A stretch of DNA of 49,112 bases from an uncultured Bacteroidales bacterium (GTDB lineage: Bacteria > Bacteroidota > Bacteroidia > Bacteroidales > S143-33): contig CAZWVR010000004.1 of assembly GCA_964637235.1 (NCBI GenBank), positions 1 through 49,112 of the forward strand, read 5' to 3'. The translations under genes and the position numbers were made by a program. This document shows, in pieces, positions 24,997 through 33,046 of this stretch; the stretch's first letter is position 1; each line of letters opens with the position of its first letter. The notes below the pieces were generated by a model that ran no database searches, was not told where the DNA came from, and was given only the letters and a program-made list of their open reading frames with translations.

Positions 24997-25559
24997 TGAA
25001 ATATTTAATAGTCGGCTTGGGAAATATCGGTAAAGAGTACGAGAATACTCGTCATAATATTGGGTTTAAAATATTGGACGCCCTTGCAGAGGCGTCCGAT
25101 GTTTTTTTTACGCAGGGTCGTCTTGCCTATTTTGCCACTTTAAAACTTAAAGGTCGTGAGTTGACTTTAATAAAACCTACTACTTATATGAATTTAAGCG
25201 GTAGAGCTGTTAATTATTGGCTCAAACAGAAAAAGATACCTTTTGAAAGATTGTTAATAGTAGTTGACGATGTTAACCTTCCGCTTGGGAAAATCCGAAT
25301 ACGTGCTCGTGGTAGTGATGGCGGTCATAATGGAATTAAAGATATTTGTTCGTGGTTAGGAACTTGTAATTTCCCTCGTTTACGTTTTGGTATTGATAAA
25401 AATTACGCCCCAGGAGAACAAGCTGATTATGTTCTGGGTCAATGGACTGATGAGGAATGGAAAATTGTACAAGAGCGCATTCCGATAGCAGTTGAAGCTA
25501 TTAAAAGTTTTGTATTAAATGGTATAGCTCGTACTATGAGCGAATATAATTCCAAATGA
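24996..25559 (+). CDS. pth: peptidyl-tRNA hydrolase
   Basis: 187-aa ORF with LIVGLGNIGKEYENTRHNIGF, YMNLSGRAV, GSDGGHNGIKDI and RLRFGI motifs. Its ATG overlaps the rplY stop. Confidence 0.93.
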   Translation: MKYLIVGLGNIGKEYENTRHNIGFKILDALAEASDVFFTQGRLAYFATLKLKGRELTLIKPTTYMNLSGRAVNYWLKQKKIPFERLLIVVDDVNLPLGKIRIRARGSDGGHNGIKDICSWLGTCNFPRLRFGIDKNYAPGEQADYVLGQWTDEEWKIVQERIPIAVEAIKSFVLNGIARTMSEYNSK

Positions 25560-25948
25560 AAGAGAAATTACGAATAGATAAATTTTTATGGGCGGTTCGG
25601 ATATTTAAGACGCGTTCGCAAGCTGCTGAGGCTTGTAGAAAGGGTCATATTTATGTAAATGATGTTCCAGTCAAGCCTTCCAAAGAGATAAAAGTTTCCG
25701 ATATTATAAAGGTGAAACATAAAGTAATATATAGGCAGTATCGTATTTTAGAGCTCACAGATAAGCGTCTGGGTGCAAAGTTGGTTGGTAATTATATAGA
25801 GGAGATAACACCTGAGGAGGATTTACTTAAACTTAAAATGTATTATGAAGCGCTTAGAATTAGTAAGCCTACATTTAAAGGACGACCAACAAAAAAAGCG
25901 AGACGTGATATTGAAAGATTTCTCCGAGGGGGTGAGCGAGATTATTGA
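25556..25948 (+). CDS. hslR: S4-domain RNA-binding protein (Hsp15-like)
   Basis: 130-aa ORF. The S4 motif RIDKFLWAVRIFKTRSQAAEACRKGHIYVNDVPVKPS is followed by a basic C-terminus. It overlaps pth by 4 nt. Confidence 0.75.
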   Translation: MKEKLRIDKFLWAVRIFKTRSQAAEACRKGHIYVNDVPVKPSKEIKVSDIIKVKHKVIYRQYRILELTDKRLGAKLVGNYIEEITPEEDLLKLKMYYEALRISKPTFKGRPTKKARRDIERFLRGGERDY

Positions 25949-25975
25949 ATATATACGATATTTATTGTTTTTAAA

Positions 25976-26226
25976 GCGTTAGGGCGGAGGCGGGTTAGAC
26001 GGTGCGCAGCGAGCGTATGGAGGCGTTTGCGGGCGGAGGCTGAGCGATGGAGCGAAGCCCCACGCACCGCAAAGCGAGGCGAGGCTTAGGTGGGCGTGCT
26101 GTCAGACTAAGGCTGCTGCCGCCCACCTTGCCGAGCCGAGTAATTACGCCTCCTCAGCGAGCAAGCACCGGATACAAGCCGTAGCCCGACCTGTTGCCGC
26201 TGAAAAGCGAGCAACAGGGAACGCCC
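25976..26226. repeat. GC-rich ~250-nt noncoding element, copy A (reverse-complement orientation relative to copy B)
   Basis: This is a sharp island of G+C in AT-rich DNA. It begins GCGTTAGGGCGGAGG and ends GGGAACGCCC. The core at 26026-26081 is near-identical to the reverse complement of 33198-33252. Internal hairpins lie at 26190-26218 (8 bp + 4 bp with a GAAA loop) and 26088-26128. Confidence 0.85.
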
Positions 26227-26247
26227 TTAAATATAAAAAATATAAAA

Positions 26248-27303
26248 ATGGAAAAATTAAGTCATCAGGTATTTTTCTCAGAGAATATTAAGGAGGATTT
26301 GCGTTTGTGGCGGAATAAATATTTAGGTAAAAAAGTTTTTGTAATAACCGATTACAATACACAAAAGTATTGTTTGCCAAAGCTTAGCGAGGCATTGGAG
26401 CCTTTTTATCACTATTCTATATCTGCTGGTGAAGTTTATAAAAATATCAACACGGCGATTGATTTGTGGCGTTTTTTATCTAAAAACCTCGCAGACCGTG
26501 AGAGTATAGTTGTGAATTTAGGTGGTGGTGTGGTTTCAGACTTAGGAGGTTTTGTTGCTTCTACTTTTAAACGTGGTGTAAAATTTATAAATGTTCCGAC
26601 TACTCTTTTGGCACAGGTTGATGCTGCTATTGGGGGGAAAACAGGAATAAATTTGGATTATCTGAAAAATGAGGTAGGAACTTTTGCTAAGCCTGAGGCG
26701 GTATTTATTGCGCCGGAGTTTTTGGAGACTCTCCCAGAACGTGATTTTATAGCCGGCTATGCGGAAATTGTTAAATATGCTTTAATAAGTAGCCCGGAAA
26801 TGTGGGAGGAGGTAAAGCGTTCAATGACTATTGAAATGAATATGAAAAATTTAAGTCAGATTATAAGGAAATCAGTGGAGATTAAATTGAAAATAGTTGA
26901 AAAAGACCCTTATGAGCGGGATTTGCGTAAAATTCTTAATTTCGGGCATACTTTTGGACATGCTTTTGAGACGTTTTTTAAACTTAAAGGTATTGATATA
27001 TTGCATGGTGAAGCAGTAGCTATGGGTATTATTTGTGAAATATATTTATCAAATCAGCGTTTTGTGTTTGATTTTCAGAGGGTTTTTGAAATTAGTGAAG
27101 TAATATCAAAGTTTTTCCCGACCTATCGTATTCAATATAAAGATTATGATGAAATATATGAAATCATGCTTCATGATAAAAAGAATTCTTCTGGTGAAAT
27201 TCATTTTACATTGTTGAAGGATATAGGTGATGTGGCTATAAATCAAGTAGTTGAAAAATCTGATATTTATGAGGCTCTAAATTTTTATTCTCAAATACGA
27301 TAA
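26248..27303 (+). CDS. aroB: 3-dehydroquinate synthase
   Basis: The motifs NLGGGVVSDLGGFVASTFKRGVKFINVPTTLLAQVDAAIGGKTGIN and FGHTFGHAFE are diagnostic. The start is set at the ATG at 26248 (MEKLSHQ), because the ORF-track start at 26194 lies inside the GC-rich element. Confidence 0.9.
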   Translation: MEKLSHQVFFSENIKEDLRLWRNKYLGKKVFVITDYNTQKYCLPKLSEALEPFYHYSISAGEVYKNINTAIDLWRFLSKNLADRESIVVNLGGGVVSDLGGFVASTFKRGVKFINVPTTLLAQVDAAIGGKTGINLDYLKNEVGTFAKPEAVFIAPEFLETLPERDFIAGYAEIVKYALISSPEMWEEVKRSMTIEMNMKNLSQIIRKSVEIKLKIVEKDPYERDLRKILNFGHTFGHAFETFFKLKGIDILHGEAVAMGIICEIYLSNQRFVFDFQRVFEISEVISKFFPTYRIQYKDYDEIYEIMLHDKKNSSGEIHFTLLKDIGDVAINQVVEKSDIYEALNFYSQIR

Positions 27304-27350
27304 AAAAAGTTAAAAATTTGTTTTTTTTGAATATAAATTTTTCTTTTGTA

Positions 27351-27379
27351 TTTAGAACAAAAATTTTTTTTAGTCTAAA
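27351..27379. promoter_or_regulatory. candidate TetR operator (inverted repeat TTTAGAAC-N14-GTCTAAA) upstream of the tetR-like gene
   Basis: The half-sites match the better palindrome at 28003-28031. The site ends 3 nt before the regulator's ATG. Confidence 0.4.
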
Positions 27380-27381
27380 AA

Positions 27382-27969
27382 ATGACAAAAAAAGAACAAG
27401 TACGTTATTTTCTTATAAATATTGCTCAGAGAATATTTTCGCGTTTGGGTTATGATAGAACAACAATGGAGATAATAGCTAGAGAAGCAGGGAAGGGGAA
27501 AAGTACGCTTTATTATTATTTTAAAAATAAGGAAGAAATTTTTGCAGCAGTTATAGAGCAGCAGGGTAAAAAAATACAAAATGAACTTTTGAAGATAATC
27601 AATCAAAATATTGATACTAGAAAGCTTTTGAAGAAGTATGTGCTGAAACGCTATCAGCTTGTAAATGAGCTTATAAATTATTACAATGTTCTCAAAGATG
27701 ATTATTTACGGAATATGCCATTGGTAGAGAAATATCGTAAACAGCATGATGAATTTGAATTTATGGCAATAAAAAATATTCTTATAAAAGGGATTGATAG
27801 AGAAGAGATAGGTATTGATGAACATAAAATAGACGATGTTGCAATGGCAATAGCCGTAGCAATAAAAGGGTTAGAAATTCCAGTTTTTTTTGATCACGGA
27901 ATTAGAGAATTTGAGAGTAAAATAGATATGTTGATAGATGTTCTTTTTGATGGAATAGCTAAAAAATAG
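27382..27969 (+). CDS. TetR/AcrR-family transcriptional regulator
   Basis: 195-aa ORF. N-terminal HTH (FSRLGYDRTTMEIIAREAGKGKSTLYYYFKNKEEIF) followed by a helical ligand domain. Confidence 0.85.
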   Translation: MTKKEQVRYFLINIAQRIFSRLGYDRTTMEIIAREAGKGKSTLYYYFKNKEEIFAAVIEQQGKKIQNELLKIINQNIDTRKLLKKYVLKRYQLVNELINYYNVLKDDYLRNMPLVEKYRKQHDEFEFMAIKNILIKGIDREEIGIDEHKIDDVAMAIAVAIKGLEIPVFFDHGIREFESKIDMLIDVLFDGIAKK

Positions 27970-28002
27970 ATGTTCTAATAGTTCATATTTTTTTTACTAT
28001 TT

Positions 28003-28031
28003 TTTAGACCATAAAACGAATTTAGTCTAAA
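28003..28031. promoter_or_regulatory. candidate TetR operator (TTTAGAC-N15-GTCTAAA) upstream of the MMPL gene
   Basis: Perfect 7-bp inverted half-sites lie 18 nt upstream of the MMPL ATG. The same half-site sequence occurs at 27351-27379. Confidence 0.45.
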
Positions 28032-28048
28032 ATTCAAAAAATATAATT

Positions 28049-30316
28049 ATGAAAAAGTATTTGTCTAAGTTTACTTTAAACCTTGCTGAAAATATCGTCA
28101 AGTTTAAAGTTCCAATTTTTCTGATAGTGCTTATTTTGACGGTTTTGTTTGGTTATTACGCTACTGAAATCAAGATAGATTCTGATATTTTAAATTCTTT
28201 GCCCAATGATGATAAATATGCAAAGTTGTATAAAGAGATAGGCAATAGATATGAAAGTAATTTAGCAGTTATGGTAATATTGGAAACGGATAATGTTTTG
28301 CAGCCAAAAGTTTTAGAGGATATTCGCACAATAACAGATACTATTGGGGATATAGACGGAGTATCAACAGTTTCAAGCCTTACTAATATCATAAACATTA
28401 AAAGCTCACAATGGGGTTTAGAAATAGGTAAATTAGTTGATGAATATAATTTGCCTAAAACTGATAAACAGTTGGATTCATTGGCAAAGATAATTTTTAA
28501 CGATGATATGTATAGAGGGGTAATAGTTTCTGAGGATACATCTGCTACGATGATAGTTGCTAATTTAAAACCAGACGCAGACAAGCAGAAAGTAGCACGT
28601 GAAATTGAACAAAAAGTTAAAAGTCTAAATTTGAAGGAAAAAGTATATTTTACAGGCATACCTGTTTTACTTGAACAGACTAATAGCATAATATTTAGAG
28701 ACTTATTTAGATTATTACCCATAGCCACCTTAGTGATAATATTCATTTTGTTTTTAGGTTTTAGAAGTTTTAGGGGAGTAATCTTGCCTTTGTTAATAGT
28801 TGCTATTTCTATTATATGGACAGTTGGTATTATGGCTATTGTAGGCTCTAAATTTACCATTGTCTCCGATATTATTCCGGTAATCCTTTTAGCATTAGGC
28901 AGTGCTTATACTATACACATTTTAAACAAAATAAATAAGCAAAAGGAGTATGAAGGGAGAAAAAAGCTTGTAATAGCATTATCGGTTATTTTAATTCCGG
29001 TATTTTTAGCATACATTACGACAGCTTTTGGGTTTATATCTTTTATTTTTGGTTCTTATCTACTTAGTATAAAAAATTTTGGAATTTACACAGCCATAGG
29101 TATTACCTTAGCTTTTGTACTGTCTGTATTATTAGTTCCTGCGTTTTTAGATTTATTTAAATCTTATGAAAGTCATGATAAATCGGATAGTGGACAAAAG
29201 GGAAGTTTTTCTCTTAGATATATTGCGAAAAGTGTTATTAAGAAGCCTAAGTATTATATAGGATTTTGGCTAATATTGGCATTGTTGAGTGCTTTATGGA
29301 TTGGCAAAATACAGCGCCGTGTTGATATGTTGAGCTATTATAAAAAGGGTAGTAGTGTGCGAGTGGCTCAGGAGGTTGTAGATAAAAAATTTGGAGGTGT
29401 TACGCCTGTATTTGTTCTGTTTGATGGGGATGTTCAATCTCCTGAATTTTTAAAGATAATGAAAACTATTGAGGATACGATTAAAGCTAATCCGTATGTG
29501 AATTATACTATGTCTGTTGCGGATTTAATTGCACGAATGAATAATGCTATGGGAGAAGGCTATAAAATACCATCCGAGCGTGATAAAATAGAACAATTGT
29601 GGTTCCTATTAGATGGGCAAGATATTATGCCTCAGTTAGTTAATGATGATTTGACAGAAGCTGTTATTCAAGCGCGTTTTGGAAGTTTAGACACAAAGCT
29701 TAATAACAATTTTGCTTCTTTTCTTGAAAAAATAGCTCAAAAATATAGTTCTGATAGCATAAAAATAACCGTCACGGGTATGCCGTATATATACAGGAGT
29801 TTGGATAGAAGTTTGATACGCAGCCAGTTTATAAGTCTATTACTTGCGATTGTTTTAATGTTATTTATTGTTTCTTTGACTATGTGGTCTTTTCGCAGTG
29901 GTTTGCTTTCTTTAATCCCTCTTGTAATAACTATAATTATCTCTTTTGGTTTTATGGGGTTTGTGCATATTCCATTAGATATTGTAACAGTCTTAGTTGC
30001 AAGTGTGACTATGGGCGTCGGGATTGATTATGCTATCCACGTAATTAGTCATTATAATACTTATCGCTCTGAGGGTTTAGATATAGAAGCGGCTATTGAG
30101 GAGACTATAAAAACCACTGGTACAGCTATTTTGATAAATGTTTTTGCTGTTGCCTTTGGATTTTTGACTTTATTATTTTCCAATTTGGCTCCTTTGCGCC
30201 ATTTCGGCTTGATGATGGCTTTAACTATGATAATTGCAGGTTTTGCCTCTTTGACATTTTTAACAGCGACTATTGTTCTCATTGATAGGAAAAAGAGTTC
30301 TCTTGATAAAAAATGA
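28049..30316 (+). CDS. MMPL/RND-superfamily (SSD-type) inner-membrane transporter
   Basis: 755-aa ORF with two blocks of ~6 TM helices, each preceded by a large soluble loop. This is the duplicated topology typical of MMPL/HpnN-like exporters (for example GSAYTIHIL... and MGVGIDYAIHVISHY). Confidence 0.8.
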   Translation: MKKYLSKFTLNLAENIVKFKVPIFLIVLILTVLFGYYATEIKIDSDILNSLPNDDKYAKLYKEIGNRYESNLAVMVILETDNVLQPKVLEDIRTITDTIGDIDGVSTVSSLTNIINIKSSQWGLEIGKLVDEYNLPKTDKQLDSLAKIIFNDDMYRGVIVSEDTSATMIVANLKPDADKQKVAREIEQKVKSLNLKEKVYFTGIPVLLEQTNSIIFRDLFRLLPIATLVIIFILFLGFRSFRGVILPLLIVAISIIWTVGIMAIVGSKFTIVSDIIPVILLALGSAYTIHILNKINKQKEYEGRKKLVIALSVILIPVFLAYITTAFGFISFIFGSYLLSIKNFGIYTAIGITLAFVLSVLLVPAFLDLFKSYESHDKSDSGQKGSFSLRYIAKSVIKKPKYYIGFWLILALLSALWIGKIQRRVDMLSYYKKGSSVRVAQEVVDKKFGGVTPVFVLFDGDVQSPEFLKIMKTIEDTIKANPYVNYTMSVADLIARMNNAMGEGYKIPSERDKIEQLWFLLDGQDIMPQLVNDDLTEAVIQARFGSLDTKLNNNFASFLEKIAQKYSSDSIKITVTGMPYIYRSLDRSLIRSQFISLLLAIVLMLFIVSLTMWSFRSGLLSLIPLVITIIISFGFMGFVHIPLDIVTVLVASVTMGVGIDYAIHVISHYNTYRSEGLDIEAAIEETIKTTGTAILINVFAVAFGFLTLLFSNLAPLRHFGLMMALTMIIAGFASLTFLTATIVLIDRKKSSLDKK

Positions 30317-30906
30317 TAATTATGAAACAGCTTATTAGTCTGTGTATCATATTATTACAAATGCCTATTTGGGCACAACAATGGGTATTGCGTGAAAATC
30401 AGCAAGGAATAAAGGTTTGGACTCGTAATGAAAATGGGAAAATTGAGGTTAAAGCCCAAACTTTCGTAAATGCCTCTGTGCGAGATGTTTTATCACTAAT
30501 AGAAAAGCCCTCTACTTATCATCTGTGGGTAGATATGGTTAGTAAAGCTAAACTATTATCTTATGGAAATGAGAAGTTTACAGTATGGTATTTAATTGAT
30601 ATGCCTTGGCTTTTTTCTGACAGAGATTTTGTTTTGGATAATATTCTTGCTCATAATGGAGATACAATAATTGTCAAACTCAAAAGTGCCCCAGATAGAT
30701 ATCCTAAGCAGAAAAATATTGTAAGAGTACAAGATGCTTATGGGAAATGGATTTTATTTCCTTACGGTAAGCGTACGTTTGTCTCTTATCAGTTCTATGC
30801 CGATATGCAATTGCCTGTTTCTAATTCCTTAATAGAAATATTGTCTGTTTCTGCACCTTTTAATACTTTTCAAAATTTAAAAACAATGTTAAATCATAAA
30901 AAATAA
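30313..30906 (+). CDS. secreted START/SRPBCC-like lipid-binding domain protein
   Basis: Signal peptide (LISLCIILLQMPIWAQQ). The WVLRENQQGIKVWTR...YHLWVDMV...WYLIDMPWLFSDRDFV pattern resembles START domains. The start overlaps the MMPL stop (ATGA). Confidence 0.5.
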   Translation: MIIMKQLISLCIILLQMPIWAQQWVLRENQQGIKVWTRNENGKIEVKAQTFVNASVRDVLSLIEKPSTYHLWVDMVSKAKLLSYGNEKFTVWYLIDMPWLFSDRDFVLDNILAHNGDTIIVKLKSAPDRYPKQKNIVRVQDAYGKWILFPYGKRTFVSYQFYADMQLPVSNSLIEILSVSAPFNTFQNLKTMLNHKK

Positions 30907-30911
30907 GAGCT

Positions 30912-31640
30912 ATGAGAACAAAATTTTCTTTAATTGTAATTATGTTTCTTGTTTCATTTTTGTTTCAAACAAAAGCCCAGACGGCATCATCTGTATTACA
31001 AAAGGTTGATGAAATAACCTCTGCACCCAAAGATTTAAACCAGAAGCTTGTTATTACTTTAATAGATAAAAAAGGACGTAAGCAAGTGCGTAAAGCATTA
31101 TTTTGGCAAAAAGGAACTCAAAAACGTTTGTTCAAATTTACTGAGCCTGCTTCCTATAAAGGTATTGCTTTCCTTTCTTTACCTAATAATGTGATGTATT
31201 TATATATGCCTGCATATGGTAAAGAAAGACGAATTGCTTCAAGTGTGAAAAACCAAAAGTTCGCTGGCACAGACCTCTCCTATGATGATATGGAAGCTAA
31301 AAAATATACTGATAAATATAAGGCTGTAAACTTGAAAGTTGAAGGCAACTATTATATTCTGACATTAACCCCAAAAGCTAAATCTGCTTATTCCAAAATA
31401 ATTTTGAAGGTAAATAAATCTGATTACTTGCCTGTTTATACAGAAATGTATGATAAAGCAGGTCATAAAATTAAAACTATGGAAACGACTTTTAAAAAGC
31501 AAGGGAAATATTGGATTGCACAGAAGATTGTAGTTAAAGATTTGAAACGAAATCATTCTACTATCTTAGAAAATATTGAAACTCAGTTTGATACTAATCT
31601 CTCTGATGATATTTTTACTGTGAGAAATATGAAACAATAA
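30912..31640 (+). CDS. LolA-like outer-membrane lipoprotein-sorting / lipid-carrier protein (DUF1329-like)
   Basis: 242-aa ORF with a signal peptide. The size and the pattern (..R.ALFWQKG.QKRLFKFTEPASYKGIAFLS...MYLYMPAYGKERRIAS..KNQKFAGTDLSYDDM) are typical of LolA-like proteins found next to MMPL exporters. Confidence 0.6.
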   Translation: MRTKFSLIVIMFLVSFLFQTKAQTASSVLQKVDEITSAPKDLNQKLVITLIDKKGRKQVRKALFWQKGTQKRLFKFTEPASYKGIAFLSLPNNVMYLYMPAYGKERRIASSVKNQKFAGTDLSYDDMEAKKYTDKYKAVNLKVEGNYYILTLTPKAKSAYSKIILKVNKSDYLPVYTEMYDKAGHKIKTMETTFKKQGKYWIAQKIVVKDLKRNHSTILENIETQFDTNLSDDIFTVRNMKQ

Positions 31641-31658
31641 ATCTAAAAATATAAAGCT

Positions 31659-33041
31659 ATGAAAAAACTTAGTTTTTTCCTGATAAGCTTGGCTTTTTTC
31701 TATTGTCTTGTCTCTGATGTATATGCTCAGGGAGATTCTAATGCTCTGCAAATAACAGGCTATTTAATGTCTGACCAGAGAATACTTACTGATAATGCTA
31801 AATGGTTCTGGAATGAAAATCGCCTGAATATAGCAATGGACAAAAAATTATCCGGAGCATTGGATTTTCATACTCAATTGTGGATTAGAAATATTGGCTT
31901 TCCTTCTGTTCATAATTTGAATATGCTATCTAATAAGCATAATATCAATTATTTAGATTTGGAACTTAGGGAGTTTTATGTTAAAGTATATAATTTTTTA
32001 GTGCCAAATTTGGATATGACCATAGGTCGTCAGATAATAGAATGGGGCACTGCTGATAAAATTAATCCAACAAGTAATGTTTCTCCCTATGATTATGAAG
32101 ATATTTTGGATTTTGGGCGTAAGCGGGGTAATGAAGCTCTGAATTTAGTTTATACTTTTGGGAAAAATAAAGATTTTTATTTACAAGGAATATGGGAGCC
32201 ATTTTTCCGCCCTGATAATTTGCCTATATATCCTTATTCACAGCTATTGAGTTTTTCTCCTAAAAGTTTACCTGCAATGTCTCTATTAGCTTATTCAGAT
32301 TCGTTAATTATGCCTTCGTATTCTCTTAAAAATTCTATTGCTGCATTTAAATTAAAAGGATTTGCTTTTGGCACAGATTGGTCATTGAGCTATATTTATA
32401 CATTTGACGGTTTGCCTATGCCTTATCAGGCTGATTACTATATGATAAGTCCGAATACTTTGAATTTGAATTTAAAAATGACTTATTATCGTGAACATAT
32501 TATTGGAGCGGATTTTTCAACAAATATATTTGGTGCCGGATTCTGGGGAGAAGCTGCCGCTTTTATCCCAAAAAAGGATGTGTCTTTTTCAGCATTTTTG
32601 CATACACCAAATCCAATTATGCCATTACAAAAACTTGCAGATAGTATTATTTTGCAAAAAAATAAACCTTTTTTTAAATACGTAGTAGGTTTTGATTATA
32701 ACTTTCCTTATGATTTTTATATTCATCTGCAATATGTTCACGGTTTTACTTTCGAGAGAGGAGCAGATAATCTAAATGATTATTTTTTCTTTAATCTTGA
32801 TAAATCTTTATTTTATGGCAAATTGAAGCTTAGTCCTGCTACTGTGGCATTTATCGTAAATGATTGGAATGATATCGCTAATAATTATGTTTTTGCTTAT
32901 TTTCCGAGCTTGGTTTATAAGCCTGTGGAGGATTTAGAACTGAATTTATCTGGTGCTTATATAACTGCTAAGGGAGATCAAATATTTGCTAAATTGAAAG
33001 ATTGGAATATGGTGCAGTTTCGTGTTAAATATTATTTTTAA
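31659..33041 (+). CDS. putative outer-membrane beta-barrel (DUF1302-like)
   Basis: 460-aa ORF with a signal peptide. It has a GRQIIEWGTADKINPT motif like DUF1302-type barrels, alternating aromatic/polar strands and a C-terminal aromatic residue (..VKYYF). Confidence 0.5.
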   Translation: MKKLSFFLISLAFFYCLVSDVYAQGDSNALQITGYLMSDQRILTDNAKWFWNENRLNIAMDKKLSGALDFHTQLWIRNIGFPSVHNLNMLSNKHNINYLDLELREFYVKVYNFLVPNLDMTIGRQIIEWGTADKINPTSNVSPYDYEDILDFGRKRGNEALNLVYTFGKNKDFYLQGIWEPFFRPDNLPIYPYSQLLSFSPKSLPAMSLLAYSDSLIMPSYSLKNSIAAFKLKGFAFGTDWSLSYIYTFDGLPMPYQADYYMISPNTLNLNLKMTYYREHIIGADFSTNIFGAGFWGEAAAFIPKKDVSFSAFLHTPNPIMPLQKLADSIILQKNKPFFKYVVGFDYNFPYDFYIHLQYVHGFTFERGADNLNDYFFFNLDKSLFYGKLKLSPATVAFIVNDWNDIANNYVFAYFPSLVYKPVEDLELNLSGAYITAKGDQIFAKLKDWNMVQFRVKYYF

Positions 33042-33046
33042 TTTTT

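Noticed and set aside
25976-26226. The GC-rich elements as tRNA or rRNA fragments, or as a short protein-coding gene.
   Set aside because: There is no cloverleaf or anticodon arm, no resemblance to conserved rRNA segments that I can recognise, and no ORF of 60 aa or more confined to either copy in any frame. The two copies differ by indels that would break a frame.
25971-26231. TTAAA on both sides of copy A as a target-site duplication (MITE-like insertion).
   Set aside because: Copy B (33047-33302) shows no matching flanking duplication. TTAAA is expected by chance in AT-rich flanks, and the terminal inverted repeat of the element itself is only about 5 nt.
26194-26247. Upstream extension of aroB (MPLKSEQQGTPLNIKNIK).
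   Set aside because: The extension begins inside the GC-rich noncoding element (its hairpin at 26190-26218) with a non-ATG start. The ATG at 26248 gives a standard AroB N-terminus.
28156-28860. A 234-aa ORF antisense to the MMPL gene.
   Set aside because: It lies entirely within the well-supported MMPL frame. Its hydrophobic mirror-image composition is typical of antisense frames of membrane-protein genes.
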